Shown: in pieces, positions 1 through 9,929 of the stretch
How the letters are laid out: every line of letters starts with the position of its first letter
Position numbering within the stretch: the first letter of the stretch is position 1
IMG/VR virus record: IMGVR_UViG_3300020172_005639
Location: 1-64,000 of that record
Direction: 5' to 3' (one strand)
From: a virus
DNA length: 64,000 nt
Notes under the pieces: generated by a model
Seen by the model: only the letters and a program-made list of their open reading frames with translations
Databases searched by the model: none
What the model was told of the DNA's origin: nothing
Made by a program: the position numbers and the translations under genes

Positions 1-921
1 AGAGCCTTGATTGCCTTGGCGTCCTTGATTCCCTTGGTTGCCTTGTGTGCCTTGCGCGCCAGTCGCGCCTTGAGAGCCTTGATTGCCTTGGCGTCCTTGG
101 TTCCCTTGGTTCCCTTGGTTTCCTTGCGCTCCCTGTGCGCCAGAGGAGCCTGCGCTGCCTTGTCGTCCTTGGTTCCCCTGTGCTCCGGTTGTTCCCTGGT
201 TGCCTTGAGCGCCAATTGATCCTTGCGCGCCGCTGGCCCCCGCCAAGCCTTGCGAGCCTTGGTTTCCTTGCATACCTTGGGCTCCAGAAGCACCGCTTGC
301 GCCTTGGTTTCCCGATGAACCCTGCAGCCCGGCAATTCCTTGGTATCCCTGCGGACCAAACAGCCCCTGATGCCCCTGGAATCCCCTTGCGCCCTGGTAT
401 CCCTGGAGTCCTAGTCCTCCTTGGAATCCTTGCGATCCATCGAGTCCTTGGGCGCCGGTCGAACCTGCTGAACCTTGGGCGCCGGAGCCTGCCGCACCCT
501 GCGATCCCTGCGTTCCCGTTGCGCCTTGCGTACCTTGCCCTCCTAAGGCTCCTTGCGATCCTTGGAAGCCCTGTAGACCCGTGCCGCCCTGAGCCCCCGT
601 TGCTCCAGTTGGTCCTTGGTATCCTTGCTCGCCCTGAAAACCTTGCGGGCCACCCGATGGCCCCTGCAAGCCTTGTGCACCCGTCTGGCCCTGTGTGCCT
701 TGGGACCCCGTGACGCCCGCCCTTCCCTGCGAACCCTGAACACCGATGTTTCCCGGGGAACCCTGCGCCCCAGTTGGCCCAGGATAAACCTGACCTATCC
801 TCGCCGACACGACAAAGTCGCGAAGGTCTTGGGCAGAGATGGAGCCTTGGTTGTTGTCTGCAAAGAGACACAACAGCTCGTCCTCTGTCCTCGGCGTTCC
901 GGATTGGTTGCAATTAGCCAT
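1..921 (-). CDS. Collagen-like (Gly-X-Y, G-X-Q rich) protein, probable fibre; 3' end outside window
   Basis: Read manually on the minus strand from ATG at 921: MANCNQSGTPRTEDELLCLFADNNQGSISAQDLRDFVVSARIGQVYPGPTGAQGSPGNIGVQGSQG... then long QGNQG/QGRQG/TGAQG triplet runs to base 1. Missing from the ORF track because it has no stop in the window. Confidence 0.85.
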   Translation of the reverse strand, partial: MANCNQSGTPRTEDELLCLFADNNQGSISAQDLRDFVVSARIGQVYPGPTGAQGSPGNIGVQGSQGRAGVTGSQGTQGQTGAQGLQGPSGGPQGFQGEQGYQGPTGATGAQGGTGLQGFQGSQGALGGQGTQGATGTQGSQGAAGSGAQGSAGSTGAQGLDGSQGFQGGLGLQGYQGARGFQGHQGLFGPQGYQGIAGLQGSSGNQGASGASGAQGMQGNQGSQGLAGASGAQGSIGAQGNQGTTGAQGNQGRQGSAGSSGAQGAQGNQGNQGNQGRQGNQGSQGATGAQGTQGNQGNQGRQGNQGS

Positions 922-933
922 CTGTTTTCCCGA

Positions 934-1257
934 TTACTTGAATGATCCGTTGAACTGGTTCTTCACAAAGGACTTGTAAGGCGTACCAGGTTGGATGCTC
1001 CTCGCAATTTCCTCCCCCCTCCGCCACAACCTCTCGTAGTTGACGGAGTAAGAAACAAGGGCCCCGTTCACCAACTCCGGAGAGCATGGCCTCAACGTGG
1101 CTGAGTCGCACTCATATGTCGCTGCCGGGTAGAGGCAAGAGTTGCTCAGAGTCCTCGGCAAAGGACAGTTGGGTATGGCAGTGCTCTTGGGCTTTGTCGA
1201 GCCCTCCGCATCCTTGGCTCGCGATGCGTTCTGCTTTTGGACGTAATATTTCCTCAT
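934..1257 (-). CDS. hypothetical protein
   Basis: ORF tightly packed in the minus-strand run upstream of the collagen gene; start could also be 1272. Confidence 0.55.
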   Translation of the reverse strand: MRKYYVQKQNASRAKDAEGSTKPKSTAIPNCPLPRTLSNSCLYPAATYECDSATLRPCSPELVNGALVSYSVNYERLWRRGEEIARSIQPGTPYKSFVKNQFNGSFK

Positions 1258-1271
1258 GGCCTCACGGCTCA

Positions 1272-1565
1272 TCAGTCACCTCCTGAAGTGATGTCGCCTG
1301 GGTCGCTGGCAAGCGTTCTAATCAGGTCGCCCACCGTCCCGTCGCCAGAGGCCACCCTGCCCAAAGCAGCCTTCTGCACCACGTCAGGCAGCTTCTTGAA
1401 CTCCCCCAGCCCTTGCAGAAGACTCTCCAAGTTGTCCTTTTGGAATGTCGACAGAGCGCTGGACATCCCCTCCGACCTGTCTAGGTTCAGCCTGTTAAGG
1501 ATGAGGTTCTTGTAGAAGGTGAAGTCCTTTTCACGGTACTCCATCCAAATATCAAAAGAAATCAT
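1272..1565 (-). CDS. hypothetical protein (N-terminal MISFDIWME motif)
   Basis: 97 aa ORF, operon packing. Confidence 0.6.
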   Translation of the reverse strand: MISFDIWMEYREKDFTFYKNLILNRLNLDRSEGMSSALSTFQKDNLESLLQGLGEFKKLPDVVQKAALGRVASGDGTVGDLIRTLASDPGDITSGGD

Positions 1566-1607
1566 TTATACCCTTGGTTTTAAGGCGCCTAAGCTATATA
1601 CAGAAGT

Positions 1608-2414
1608 ATGAACAGATTGTCTTTCACGCACTGGATGGAGATGGCCAAGTATGGCTTCGGCGACGAGGACTCGCAGATACTTGGCGGCACGCAAACCATG
1701 CCGGGCGACAGGATTTTCGAGCCCGTCGATCCGAACCTCATTATCAGCGAGTTGGTTTCCATGCCGCCTCTGGGCAACGTGGACGTCAGGCAGATATGGG
1801 AGGACACAGTCCAGTGGGGCAGCATGGTGGGGGCGATCAAGACCACCATTACCCCGCTGGGTTCAATCAAGCTGGTGACCAGAAGGCTTGCGATGGACTT
1901 GGAGGGGACTGCGCGATGGCTCTGCAAGGCCGTCCACCCCATTCGCGACCTTAAGCACGAAGGAAGCGAGCGCCACATAGCTGAAATTGTTTTCGACAAA
2001 ATTAAGGAGATATCATCTGCTGGGCTGGACTCTGCCTCCGAGGGTTACGAAGACCTGGAACGCCTGGCTAACAAGCTCTGGCACACCACCAAGAAGCAGC
2101 ATCCCAGCTATATCATGTTCCCTGTTGCGCTCTGGAGGCAGAACGAGAACCATTACAAGCTCACCTACAACTTCAGGGGACAGGGAGCTGGCGCCCCCTA
2201 TAACGGCAAGACTGGCAGGGCGGAGCAGTTCGACATAGACGTATTCTTCGAGTCCGAAACCGGGTTCCTTCGCTGCATGGGCTATGACATCGAAAGCCCT
2301 ATGGGCCAGCACGTTTACCACATACAGACCCCCGAGTGGGACGAGCGCTTCTCCGTCCAGACGGACGAGGACGAAATCATCGAGACGGTTGTGAAAATGT
2401 TCTTGCAGTACTGA
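1608..2414 (+). CDS. hypothetical protein (N-terminal SFTHWME motif)
   Basis: 268 aa ORF preceded by TATATA at 1595-1600. Confidence 0.75.
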   Translation: MNRLSFTHWMEMAKYGFGDEDSQILGGTQTMPGDRIFEPVDPNLIISELVSMPPLGNVDVRQIWEDTVQWGSMVGAIKTTITPLGSIKLVTRRLAMDLEGTARWLCKAVHPIRDLKHEGSERHIAEIVFDKIKEISSAGLDSASEGYEDLERLANKLWHTTKKQHPSYIMFPVALWRQNENHYKLTYNFRGQGAGAPYNGKTGRAEQFDIDVFFESETGFLRCMGYDIESPMGQHVYHIQTPEWDERFSVQTDEDEIIETVVKMFLQY

Positions 2415-2461
2415 CGCGCCAGAGCCAAAATAAGTAGCGACACCTAATCGGGAACTACCAT

Positions 2462-3397
2462 ATGCGCCACTTCCTCTCGATAGACGACCTCTCGATGGAT
2501 CAAATAGAGACGGTTCTTGATTGGACGAAGAGCATAGAGTCCGGCTGGCATTACTGCCGCTCTATGAACAACAAGTGCATCAGCTGCTTCTTCGCAGAGC
2601 CATCCACGAGGACGAGGTTCAGCTTCGAGAGGGCCATGCACTGGCTCGGCGGCCGAGTTATCACTGCCGCAGACGCTTCCACGTCCTCATCCTTGAAGAA
2701 GGGCGAGAGCATCAAAGACACGATTCGCACACTTGGCCAGTATTCGGACGCCATCGTGATGAGGCACCCCGACCCGAACTGGCCGGAGATCGCTCGCGAG
2801 TACTCACGGGTGCCGGTCATCAACGCAGGAAGCGGCTCGGGGGAGCACCCCACGCAGGCGTTGCTTGACTTGCATACTATAAGGCAGAAGTGGGGAAAGG
2901 TTGGCGGCCTTAAGGTCATGCTGTCCGGGGACATGACCAACGGCAGGACCGTGCATTCGCTCATAGGGCTGCTGCACATGTACGGGTGCAAGATTTTCTA
3001 TTGCCCGGCAAAGATCGTCCACGGCAACTCCGTGGAGTACCTAGGGCTGCCCGAGAAGTACCTGAGGGCACAACCTTGCACGATGGTTGATGTGGAGTGC
3101 GCCAACGACCTGCTCAAGGACATGGACGTCATCTACATGACGCGCATCCAGACCGAACGAATGGCCATGAATGGTGACATGGATATCAGGTACTTCGCCA
3201 TCGACGAAAGGAACGTGGACCTCATCAAGGACGAAGCAGCCATTTTGCACCCCCTTCCGAGAGGCAAGGAGATAAGCCCGCTCATAGATGACGACCCTAG
3301 AGCTGACTACCATGAAAGGCAGGTCAGGAACGGCCTATACGTCAGGACCGCCCTCCTCGACTACATCCTCTACGGAAACCCAATCATCTCGCCTTAG
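2462..3397 (+). CDS. pyrB: aspartate carbamoyltransferase catalytic subunit
   Basis: F-EPSTRTRFSF, HPTQALLD, MTRIQ-ER and HPLPR motifs. Confidence 0.95.
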   Translation: MRHFLSIDDLSMDQIETVLDWTKSIESGWHYCRSMNNKCISCFFAEPSTRTRFSFERAMHWLGGRVITAADASTSSSLKKGESIKDTIRTLGQYSDAIVMRHPDPNWPEIAREYSRVPVINAGSGSGEHPTQALLDLHTIRQKWGKVGGLKVMLSGDMTNGRTVHSLIGLLHMYGCKIFYCPAKIVHGNSVEYLGLPEKYLRAQPCTMVDVECANDLLKDMDVIYMTRIQTERMAMNGDMDIRYFAIDERNVDLIKDEAAILHPLPRGKEISPLIDDDPRADYHERQVRNGLYVRTALLDYILYGNPIISP

Positions 3398-4117
3398 CGG
3401 CTCGCCCTCGTGTGGGAACATTTTCCTGAAAGCTTCCACCACGGCATCCGTGGCGCACCCTATGTAGAGGTCGGGCTGGAAGTTAAGCTTTGCAAGCTCC
3501 CCGCTGTCGGCGGCCGCTCTAACATAGGGGGACATCGCCACATAGTACGGCGAAACCTTCCCCTGGTTGATCCATCGGTACAGGTTCTTGTTCACGGCGG
3601 CCTGCTGGTACTTCTCTGGCTCAAGCTGCCCCATCGACCTCACTAGAAACTCCTTGGTCTTCTCGAGTCCATCCAAAGCCTTGAGAGCGCCTGCGGCCAA
3701 GGCCTCACCACCGTCCTCCGAGCGCATCGATATTAAATCGTAGCGCTTTTTCCAAAGCCTCCACCTTCGCCAAGCCTTTTCGCCCACGAGGCAACTAGGA
3801 TCTATGAGAGGGTTGCCCGAGTTCTTGACGATGTGCTTAAGCACGTCAAGTTGCGCGCGCACGTAGAGCGAATACTCGGACTGGTCGAGGACTCCTTGAG
3901 TCTCTCTCACCAGCTTATAGCAAATCTTGAAAATGAGCGACTTTCTCGGGTCGCCCTTGCCCACAGTTGAGTGGCGGCAGTCCGGAAAGACCTTTCTGCT
4001 CCTGTCTAGCCAAACTAGCAAGACCCTAAAGGCCTGCGCCTCCATGTCCGTCATTTCGTAGCGGAGGATCGCCTCGTCGCCCATCGGCTCCATCTCTTTC
4101 TTCTTTTTTTTGGCCAT
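3335..4117 (-). CDS. hypothetical protein
   Basis: Long ORF; probable start MAKKKKKEMEP at 4117 (the track extends it to 4417). Confidence 0.65.
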   Translation of the reverse strand: MAKKKKKEMEPMGDEAILRYEMTDMEAQAFRVLLVWLDRSRKVFPDCRHSTVGKGDPRKSLIFKICYKLVRETQGVLDQSEYSLYVRAQLDVLKHIVKNSGNPLIDPSCLVGEKAWRRWRLWKKRYDLISMRSEDGGEALAAGALKALDGLEKTKEFLVRSMGQLEPEKYQQAAVNKNLYRWINQGKVSPYYVAMSPYVRAAADSGELAKLNFQPDLYIGCATDAVVEAFRKMFPHEGEPLRRDDWVSVEDVVEEGGPDV

Positions 4118-4163
4118 TTGATTCTCTGCTAAAAACGGGAAGCGTGCAAGGTATGTATCCGCC

Positions 4164-5057
4164 ATGAAATCCTTCGTTATGTGCCCTCTCGTCAGCCGTG
4201 ATATGCTGCGCGCAACTCGAGCTGTTCGGGCCTGCCTTGGGCAGCTGCACCTCCACCACAACAGGCTCTCCGTGGTTCCAGTCGTCAACTCAAAGAGCGA
4301 ATCTTTCGTAGGGGAGTTCACGGAATGGTGCGGAAGCATGGGGGTTCCCTGCCATGTGTCGCAGTCCAACGGCACGCCGTCAAAAGGCAAAAACGAGGTT
4401 ATTTCCTTCTTCCTCAATAGCAGCCACGATGGTCTGGTGATGCTCGACGGGGACGACCTTCTTTACCCGACTGCCGCAAGGCAGATTGAGAGGCACATCA
4501 TGCAGCACGGGGGAACGGACCTGCTCATCGTAAAGCCGTCCGACCAAGTCGTGTCCCACGTGGATTCTGGCGGCATGGAGTTCAAGGAGGGGATGTACGC
4601 CCTGTGCTGGGGAACGAATGAGGTCAAGATGGGATATCCCTACGGGACCAAGGCGCACAACATCTTCACTGAGGGGCAGATAGCCTCGCGCAACAACGGC
4701 GGCCACGTTTACTATAGCCGAAGGCTGGCGCAGTCCGTGCGCTACGACGAAAGCCAACTTTTAGGCGAGGACCTGCTTTTCGAGTTTGAGGCCCTGAAAC
4801 TGCACCAGGCCGGGAAAATAAGCTTCTGGCTAAGCTTCGCATCGGACGTGCAACTTCTGGACCGGACTAGCGACAATGAGGGGATTCAGTCACACAACAA
4901 CCACGAGGCGGGACTGAAGAACTTCCGGCGGCTTAAGCTCAAAGTTGAATCGCTGATGGACGTCGGAAGGTCGGGCTTTGAGGAGTTGCCGGTCGGGTTC
5001 CCAGAGATGCTGTTCGACCATCCGGCCAAGATCGCTTTCATTAAGGAGAACTTCTGA
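4164..5057 (+). CDS. GT-A fold glycosyltransferase-like protein
   Basis: SNGTPSKGKN and LVMLDGDD (DxD), GED motif. Confidence 0.65.
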   Translation: MKSFVMCPLVSRDMLRATRAVRACLGQLHLHHNRLSVVPVVNSKSESFVGEFTEWCGSMGVPCHVSQSNGTPSKGKNEVISFFLNSSHDGLVMLDGDDLLYPTAARQIERHIMQHGGTDLLIVKPSDQVVSHVDSGGMEFKEGMYALCWGTNEVKMGYPYGTKAHNIFTEGQIASRNNGGHVYYSRRLAQSVRYDESQLLGEDLLFEFEALKLHQAGKISFWLSFASDVQLLDRTSDNEGIQSHNNHEAGLKNFRRLKLKVESLMDVGRSGFEELPVGFPEMLFDHPAKIAFIKENF

Positions 5058-5743
5058 TGTCTGCCAGCGTTGACGCAGTCGTGCTCACCAACACGGCCAG
5101 CCAAGAGTTCCACGAAATGACCAGGACGACGCTGGACACCCTCCGTGGCGCATGCGGCGAGATTAAACTCAACCTGTTTGTCGTTGAGAGCAACCCGGCG
5201 GCAAGCGAGTCCTGGCTCGTGTACGAGGGGTGCAACACTCTGACCCCGAATTCGAAGTTCAACTACAACCTGTTCATGCAGATGGGCCTTGAGTTGGGCG
5301 ACTCCGAGCATGTGCTGATGTGCAACAACGACCTGATATTCGAGCCCGGGTCCGTGTCGCTTCTGATTTCGCAGATGGCCGTGCACGGCCTTGAGTCGGC
5401 GTCGCCTTACGAGCCAAACTGGCACGTGAGGTATTACGGGAAACATCCGCCCGACGACCCTGTTTTGGGATATGAAATAGAGAACCACGTCTGCGGGTGG
5501 TGCATCTGCGCACGGAGGGATATGCTGGGCAGGGTCGGGCCGCTGGACGAGAGGTTCTCATTCTGGTGCCAGGACAGCAACTACTCCAAGACGCTGCAGC
5601 GGGAGGGAGTGCGGCATGCGCTGGTTCCCCGCTCCATGGTTAGACACGAGTTCTCCAGATCGCACGGGCTGCTGGGCGAAAGGCACCACGAAATGACTCA
5701 CGGACAGAAGACGACAATGCTTGAAAAGTGGGGGCAGCTCTGA
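5057..5743 (+). CDS. glycosyltransferase family 2
   Basis: FNYN, CNNDL, GPLDERFSFWCQDSNY motifs. Confidence 0.8.
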   Translation: MSASVDAVVLTNTASQEFHEMTRTTLDTLRGACGEIKLNLFVVESNPAASESWLVYEGCNTLTPNSKFNYNLFMQMGLELGDSEHVLMCNNDLIFEPGSVSLLISQMAVHGLESASPYEPNWHVRYYGKHPPDDPVLGYEIENHVCGWCICARRDMLGRVGPLDERFSFWCQDSNYSKTLQREGVRHALVPRSMVRHEFSRSHGLLGERHHEMTHGQKTTMLEKWGQL

Positions 5744-6495
5744 TGCACCCTTTTCTCGATGCTGCCGACTACAAACCACCCGAATGGCTCAGGAAATTCA
5801 GCGAGAAGCCGGTCATCATCGGCGACATGACTTTCTTGCCCCCCTGCTGCAACGTCGACGCCCTGCCAGGAAGAGAGGCTGCGTCCATCAGCTGTGGAGG
5901 CTTCGAGTGGATGACCTACAACTTCTCCACTCACGAGGAGGCGCTTGAACTCTACTCGCAGTACCAAATCGCAGAGGGGCACTGCGTATGCACGGGGCTC
6001 GGGCTAGGCGTTAGGGAGCAATGGCTGCTCCGCAACCCCAAGGTGACCAAGATCACCGTCATCGAGAAGTCGGCCGACGTCATCGAGTTCCACCGCAGGC
6101 ACAACCCCGAGACCACATCGAGGATAGAGATCGTCCACGGCGACGCCTCCGATTCGCATGGCGTGTGCGACACCCTGCTCTTGGACCACTACATCTACCC
6201 GTGCGAGTCCATCATCCCAGACGCAAGGCGCATCTGCTCTAAAATCATCCACAAGAGGTCTTGGTGGTGGCCCCTAGAGGATTACATCCTCTGCAACTCG
6301 CCGATAGGGGAGTCATACAGGTTCTTTCAGAGGCACCGGGAGCGCGAGATGCCCACGATTGCGGACGTCGGCGTGGAAGAACTCTACTCATTCCTGGCCG
6401 CATGGACTGCGACATGGTCGACGCGCGAGCGGAGGGAGATGATGGTGGGAGGTTCTATCTTCGGCAAATTGAGGGCGCAGACATGCGAATCATAG
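5743..6495 (+). CDS. SAM-dependent methyltransferase-like (spermidine synthase-like fold)
   Basis: GLGLG motif I, ITVIEKS, IVHGDA. Confidence 0.65.
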   Translation: MHPFLDAADYKPPEWLRKFSEKPVIIGDMTFLPPCCNVDALPGREAASISCGGFEWMTYNFSTHEEALELYSQYQIAEGHCVCTGLGLGVREQWLLRNPKVTKITVIEKSADVIEFHRRHNPETTSRIEIVHGDASDSHGVCDTLLLDHYIYPCESIIPDARRICSKIIHKRSWWWPLEDYILCNSPIGESYRFFQRHREREMPTIADVGVEELYSFLAAWTATWSTRERREMMVGGSIFGKLRAQTCES

Positions 6496-7265
6496 ACTGC
6501 TTCCTGTTCTACAACGAGGTTAAGATCCTCGAGATGAGGATGATGGAGCTCGCAAGGGTCGTCGACGCGTTCGTGGTGGTGGAGTCGATGGTCACGTTCA
6601 CGGGACAGAGCAAGCGGCTTTTTTTCCGAGAGAACGCAGCCAAGTTCGCAGCCAAGTTCCCGGGCGTCAACATCGTTCATGTCGTGGTGGACGACACCCC
6701 GGATGGCGAACCGTGGCAGCGTGAGGAGTACCAGCGCAACCAGATATCCTGCGGACTTAACCACTTGGATGCCGCCCCTTCGGACCTAATCCATATATCG
6801 GACGTCGATGAGATCCCCGATGCGAAAACACTCAATAAAGTCTTCTCTTCCCGCAGCCAGGCCTCTTACTCTCTGGAACAAGACCTCTACTACTACAACA
6901 TCGGCTGCAAGTGCTCATCCATTAAGTGGACGAGAGCCAAACTTATGCCCATGTGGCGGCTGACGGAAATAGGGAGCGTTGAGCAGGCCAGGAACAAGGA
7001 TTGCGCCGTTTTGCCTAGGGGGGGCTGGCACTTTAGCTACTTCGGCAGCCCAGAGTTCATAGCGAATAAGATAGGGGCTTTCTCCCACCCTGAGTACGAT
7101 GACCCCAAGTACACGGCGCCCCATGTCGTCAGGGAAAAGATTAGCGAGGGCAGGGACCTTTTCGAGAGGGAACTTAACTTCGATTCGGTTGACCCAAAGT
7201 CGAACGCCTACCTCCCGAATTATTGGCAGATGCTTATGGGGAGCGAAGCATGGACGCCCTCCTAG
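6483..7265 (+). CDS. glycosyltransferase family 17 (beta-1,4-GlcNAc transferase-like)
   Basis: DCFLFYNE, RE-YQRN, SDVDEIP, GGWHFSY motifs. Confidence 0.85.
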   Translation: MRIIDCFLFYNEVKILEMRMMELARVVDAFVVVESMVTFTGQSKRLFFRENAAKFAAKFPGVNIVHVVVDDTPDGEPWQREEYQRNQISCGLNHLDAAPSDLIHISDVDEIPDAKTLNKVFSSRSQASYSLEQDLYYYNIGCKCSSIKWTRAKLMPMWRLTEIGSVEQARNKDCAVLPRGGWHFSYFGSPEFIANKIGAFSHPEYDDPKYTAPHVVREKISEGRDLFERELNFDSVDPKSNAYLPNYWQMLMGSEAWTPS

Positions 7266-7972
7266 ACGGGCGTGAGGCTCAACTCCAGCGATTCGTGCCT
7301 GTCGTCGTCTGGGGGCATGCAGAGGTGGTCAGAGGGGTAATCGCTGGATATATTGTAAACTCTGTATCCCAAGGCCTTGGCGAGCTCAAGGGCCTCCGTG
7401 GATGATCCTCCCAAGTTCCTGTCATACTCGATGTGCATTACGGGCATGAAGCGTCGTATGGTGCCCATCCCGCCACGAATGGCTCTTGCCTCCTCGCCTT
7501 CTAGGTCTAGCTTTAGAAAGTCGAGCCTGCGTAGGCGCAGCGAATCTATCGTTACGCCTACGCATGGCATGCCATCTCCCACCTTTGCGCCCCCATAATT
7601 GACTAGATTGGCTCCATCGCAAAGTAGGCTAGGTATCTTCAGGCCACAGTTGCTGTCCCACAGCGCCTGCATCCGGAGGTCGCCGTTTTTAAGGCCGTTG
7701 AGCGGGAAGTTCTCTTTGAGTCGCTCATACATGATCGGCTGCGGTTCGAAGCAAAAAACCTTTCCAGAAGGCCCCACGCGCTTGGCCATGACTACGGCGT
7801 TGTATCCGAAGTTGGAGCCTCCATCGATGGCGACGGATTCCTCCCTTATCAGGAGGCAGACTGTAGAGAAATGCCTCTCCCACCATCCCGACTTCTTGAG
7901 CCGATCGGCGATTGCGTCGTTTGAAAATACTGAGAACCTGCCTTCGTGACATTCAACAATCTCAACGCTCAT
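7262..7972 (-). CDS. FkbM family methyltransferase
   Basis: IDGGSNFGY, FEPQP, LKLDLEGEE. Confidence 0.85.
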   Translation of the reverse strand: MSVEIVECHEGRFSVFSNDAIADRLKKSGWWERHFSTVCLLIREESVAIDGGSNFGYNAVVMAKRVGPSGKVFCFEPQPIMYERLKENFPLNGLKNGDLRMQALWDSNCGLKIPSLLCDGANLVNYGGAKVGDGMPCVGVTIDSLRLRRLDFLKLDLEGEEARAIRGGMGTIRRFMPVMHIEYDRNLGGSSTEALELAKALGYRVYNISSDYPSDHLCMPPDDDRHESLELSLTPV

Positions 7973-8939
7973 GACGCTCCTTGCCCGACAGGAATATCCT
8001 TTCGAAAATTTCCATGACGGTTTCTGGCGTAAACTGGTGGTATCTGACCCAGTCTCTGCCTTGAACGTCGGCATGGCTCAAACTCATCAGCAGCTCCAAG
8101 ACTGAGTCATAGTCAGAGTAGGTAATGCAAGCTTCGCCGAGATGATCAAGGTGAGCCTTGCCAGGACGCTCCCAGTCCGTTCCCGAAAGGTCGTATGCGA
8201 TCACTGGCTTTCCCCTCACGGCGAACTCGCCGACGGAAATCCCGAACGTTTCGCCACGAGAGTTAGCATGCAGCATTGCGTCGCACGAGTTTACAAACCT
8301 CGACTTGAAGGTCGGATCAATTGAGCACGGGAGAAAGACAACTCGATCGCTGTCGGTAAACCTGTCGCAGTTCATGAACAGGAAGCGTGCGTCGGGCCTT
8401 GCGGACGCCGCCTTCTCCACGGCTTGACGCACGAAAGGAATCTCGAAATTGCCTCCTCCATACCAGCCGAAGACGAAGGCGTCTGCTGGTATTCCGAGTT
8501 CTTGCCGCAGGTCTCCGGTGGCGCTGGGCGTAGCGATCATGTGGGGAACTGAAGGACACCCTTGGCCCCAATCGCGCGCCAGCCAGTCAGAAACATATGC
8601 GTAAACATCGCCGTGCGGCTCATAAATTGGGAACACTGCATGCACTAGGTTCTTGGCGGAGTCCACTAGAATTCCATCGTTGGCACCTGCCTTGAGCATG
8701 TAGAAGTGTGATGAGCCTGTAAAAAAGATCAAATCGTTCAAATCGTTCAAAACGTTCATTTGGGAAACTAATGAAACATCGAAATGTTGCGTAAGTCTTT
8801 CGTAGCCTGCCCCTTTCGCCCCAACGGCAACATGTGATTTATTTCCCAAAATCGACTGGTTGTGCATTGCGTAGTCGAAAAGGGCTGCGGAAGTGCCTCT
8901 TTCATTGGCATGAGGGTCATAGAAGAGAACTTGCTTCAT
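7962..8939 (-). CDS. GT-B glycosyltransferase (GT4-like)
   Basis: ERGT...DYA N-terminus; CDAMLHA...GETFGISVGEF. Confidence 0.75.
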   Translation of the reverse strand: MKQVLFYDPHANERGTSAALFDYAMHNQSILGNKSHVAVGAKGAGYERLTQHFDVSLVSQMNVLNDLNDLIFFTGSSHFYMLKAGANDGILVDSAKNLVHAVFPIYEPHGDVYAYVSDWLARDWGQGCPSVPHMIATPSATGDLRQELGIPADAFVFGWYGGGNFEIPFVRQAVEKAASARPDARFLFMNCDRFTDSDRVVFLPCSIDPTFKSRFVNSCDAMLHANSRGETFGISVGEFAVRGKPVIAYDLSGTDWERPGKAHLDHLGEACITYSDYDSVLELLMSLSHADVQGRDWVRYHQFTPETVMEIFERIFLSGKERHER

Positions 8940-8950
8940 TGGAAATTCAC

Positions 8951-9730
8951 CTAGAAAGACTTCGGAGGGACTATGATGCTGCCTTCTATGTTATCCTTCT
9001 TCTCCAAGATGCACAAATTGTGATAAAAATGAATGGCAAAAACATGTCTGTCAATATACGTTGGCTTGTAATCATTGTCTAAAAACTCCTCGTAGTTCAA
9101 CCCGTCCACGAGGGACTTAAGAAAAGCCATTGCAGTGTGCTTCGCTTCGGGGTCGCGCGATCCAAGCCATTGAACACCCCAGAACTCATCCCAGTAAGAA
9201 GTCTGCAAATCCTCGATTGCGTAATACCCACCAACCTTAAGGTGCGGGAACAGAATGTGGAAAGTCTTTATGGTCATGGGGTTAATATGACTGGCGTCAT
9301 CGATGATGATGTCTGGTTGACCGATGACCGAAAGGCAGCGGTTTATAAAGGCCTCGTCATCTTGACTGCCAACGAAGACCTTGACGCGCTCTTCTTCGCA
9401 ATGCCGCTTGTCCTCGATGTCTATCCCGTAAATTAGGGAATTTGGGAAATACCTCTTCCACATGCGAAGCGAACCACCGCCTGAGCTGTGATTGTAGCCT
9501 CCTATGCCAAGCTCAAGAATCCTCAACTTATTGAATCGTATCGGCGAAAAAAGGCGATTGTAGTGCTGTGTGTACTTGTGTTGGGAGCTTTTATCAGTGC
9601 CGTGCTCGTTGCTTAAATCGGTTAGTAGGTCCCGGATATCAAAACATGACTCAATTGAAGACTTAATGACAGATGCCACATTCTCAAGGCATAAATCATC
9701 GACGATTCTAAAGAGATCTTCCTTTTTCAT
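8951..9730 (-). CDS. class I SAM-dependent O-methyltransferase (MycE/TylE-like)
   Basis: HGTDK, ILELGIGGY, GGSLRMWKRYFP, IIIDDASH, YAIEDL. Confidence 0.85.
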   Translation of the reverse strand: MKKEDLFRIVDDLCLENVASVIKSSIESCFDIRDLLTDLSNEHGTDKSSQHKYTQHYNRLFSPIRFNKLRILELGIGGYNHSSGGGSLRMWKRYFPNSLIYGIDIEDKRHCEEERVKVFVGSQDDEAFINRCLSVIGQPDIIIDDASHINPMTIKTFHILFPHLKVGGYYAIEDLQTSYWDEFWGVQWLGSRDPEAKHTAMAFLKSLVDGLNYEEFLDNDYKPTYIDRHVFAIHFYHNLCILEKKDNIEGSIIVPPKSF

Positions 9731-9929
9731 GCAGAATTATAAGTAGCGGCAAGATCGCTGGGTTTTGAGCAAGTACAATTTGGTCGCATTGAGGTTGAAC
9801 GCGACTAGATGCCGGCTTAAGATTGCTTCGTCTTCTGCAATTGAACACCTATGTTGGTGGTCAGCAGAATTCATGTTTGTCACAGCACTTTCAACGCACT
9901 GAGACTGGAGCTCTCTCTCCACTTACGGC

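Noticed and set aside
7-945. Plus-strand ORFs 7-219, 45-713 and 616-945, and minus-strand 543-743
   Set aside because: Shadow frames of the minus-strand collagen-like repeat gene
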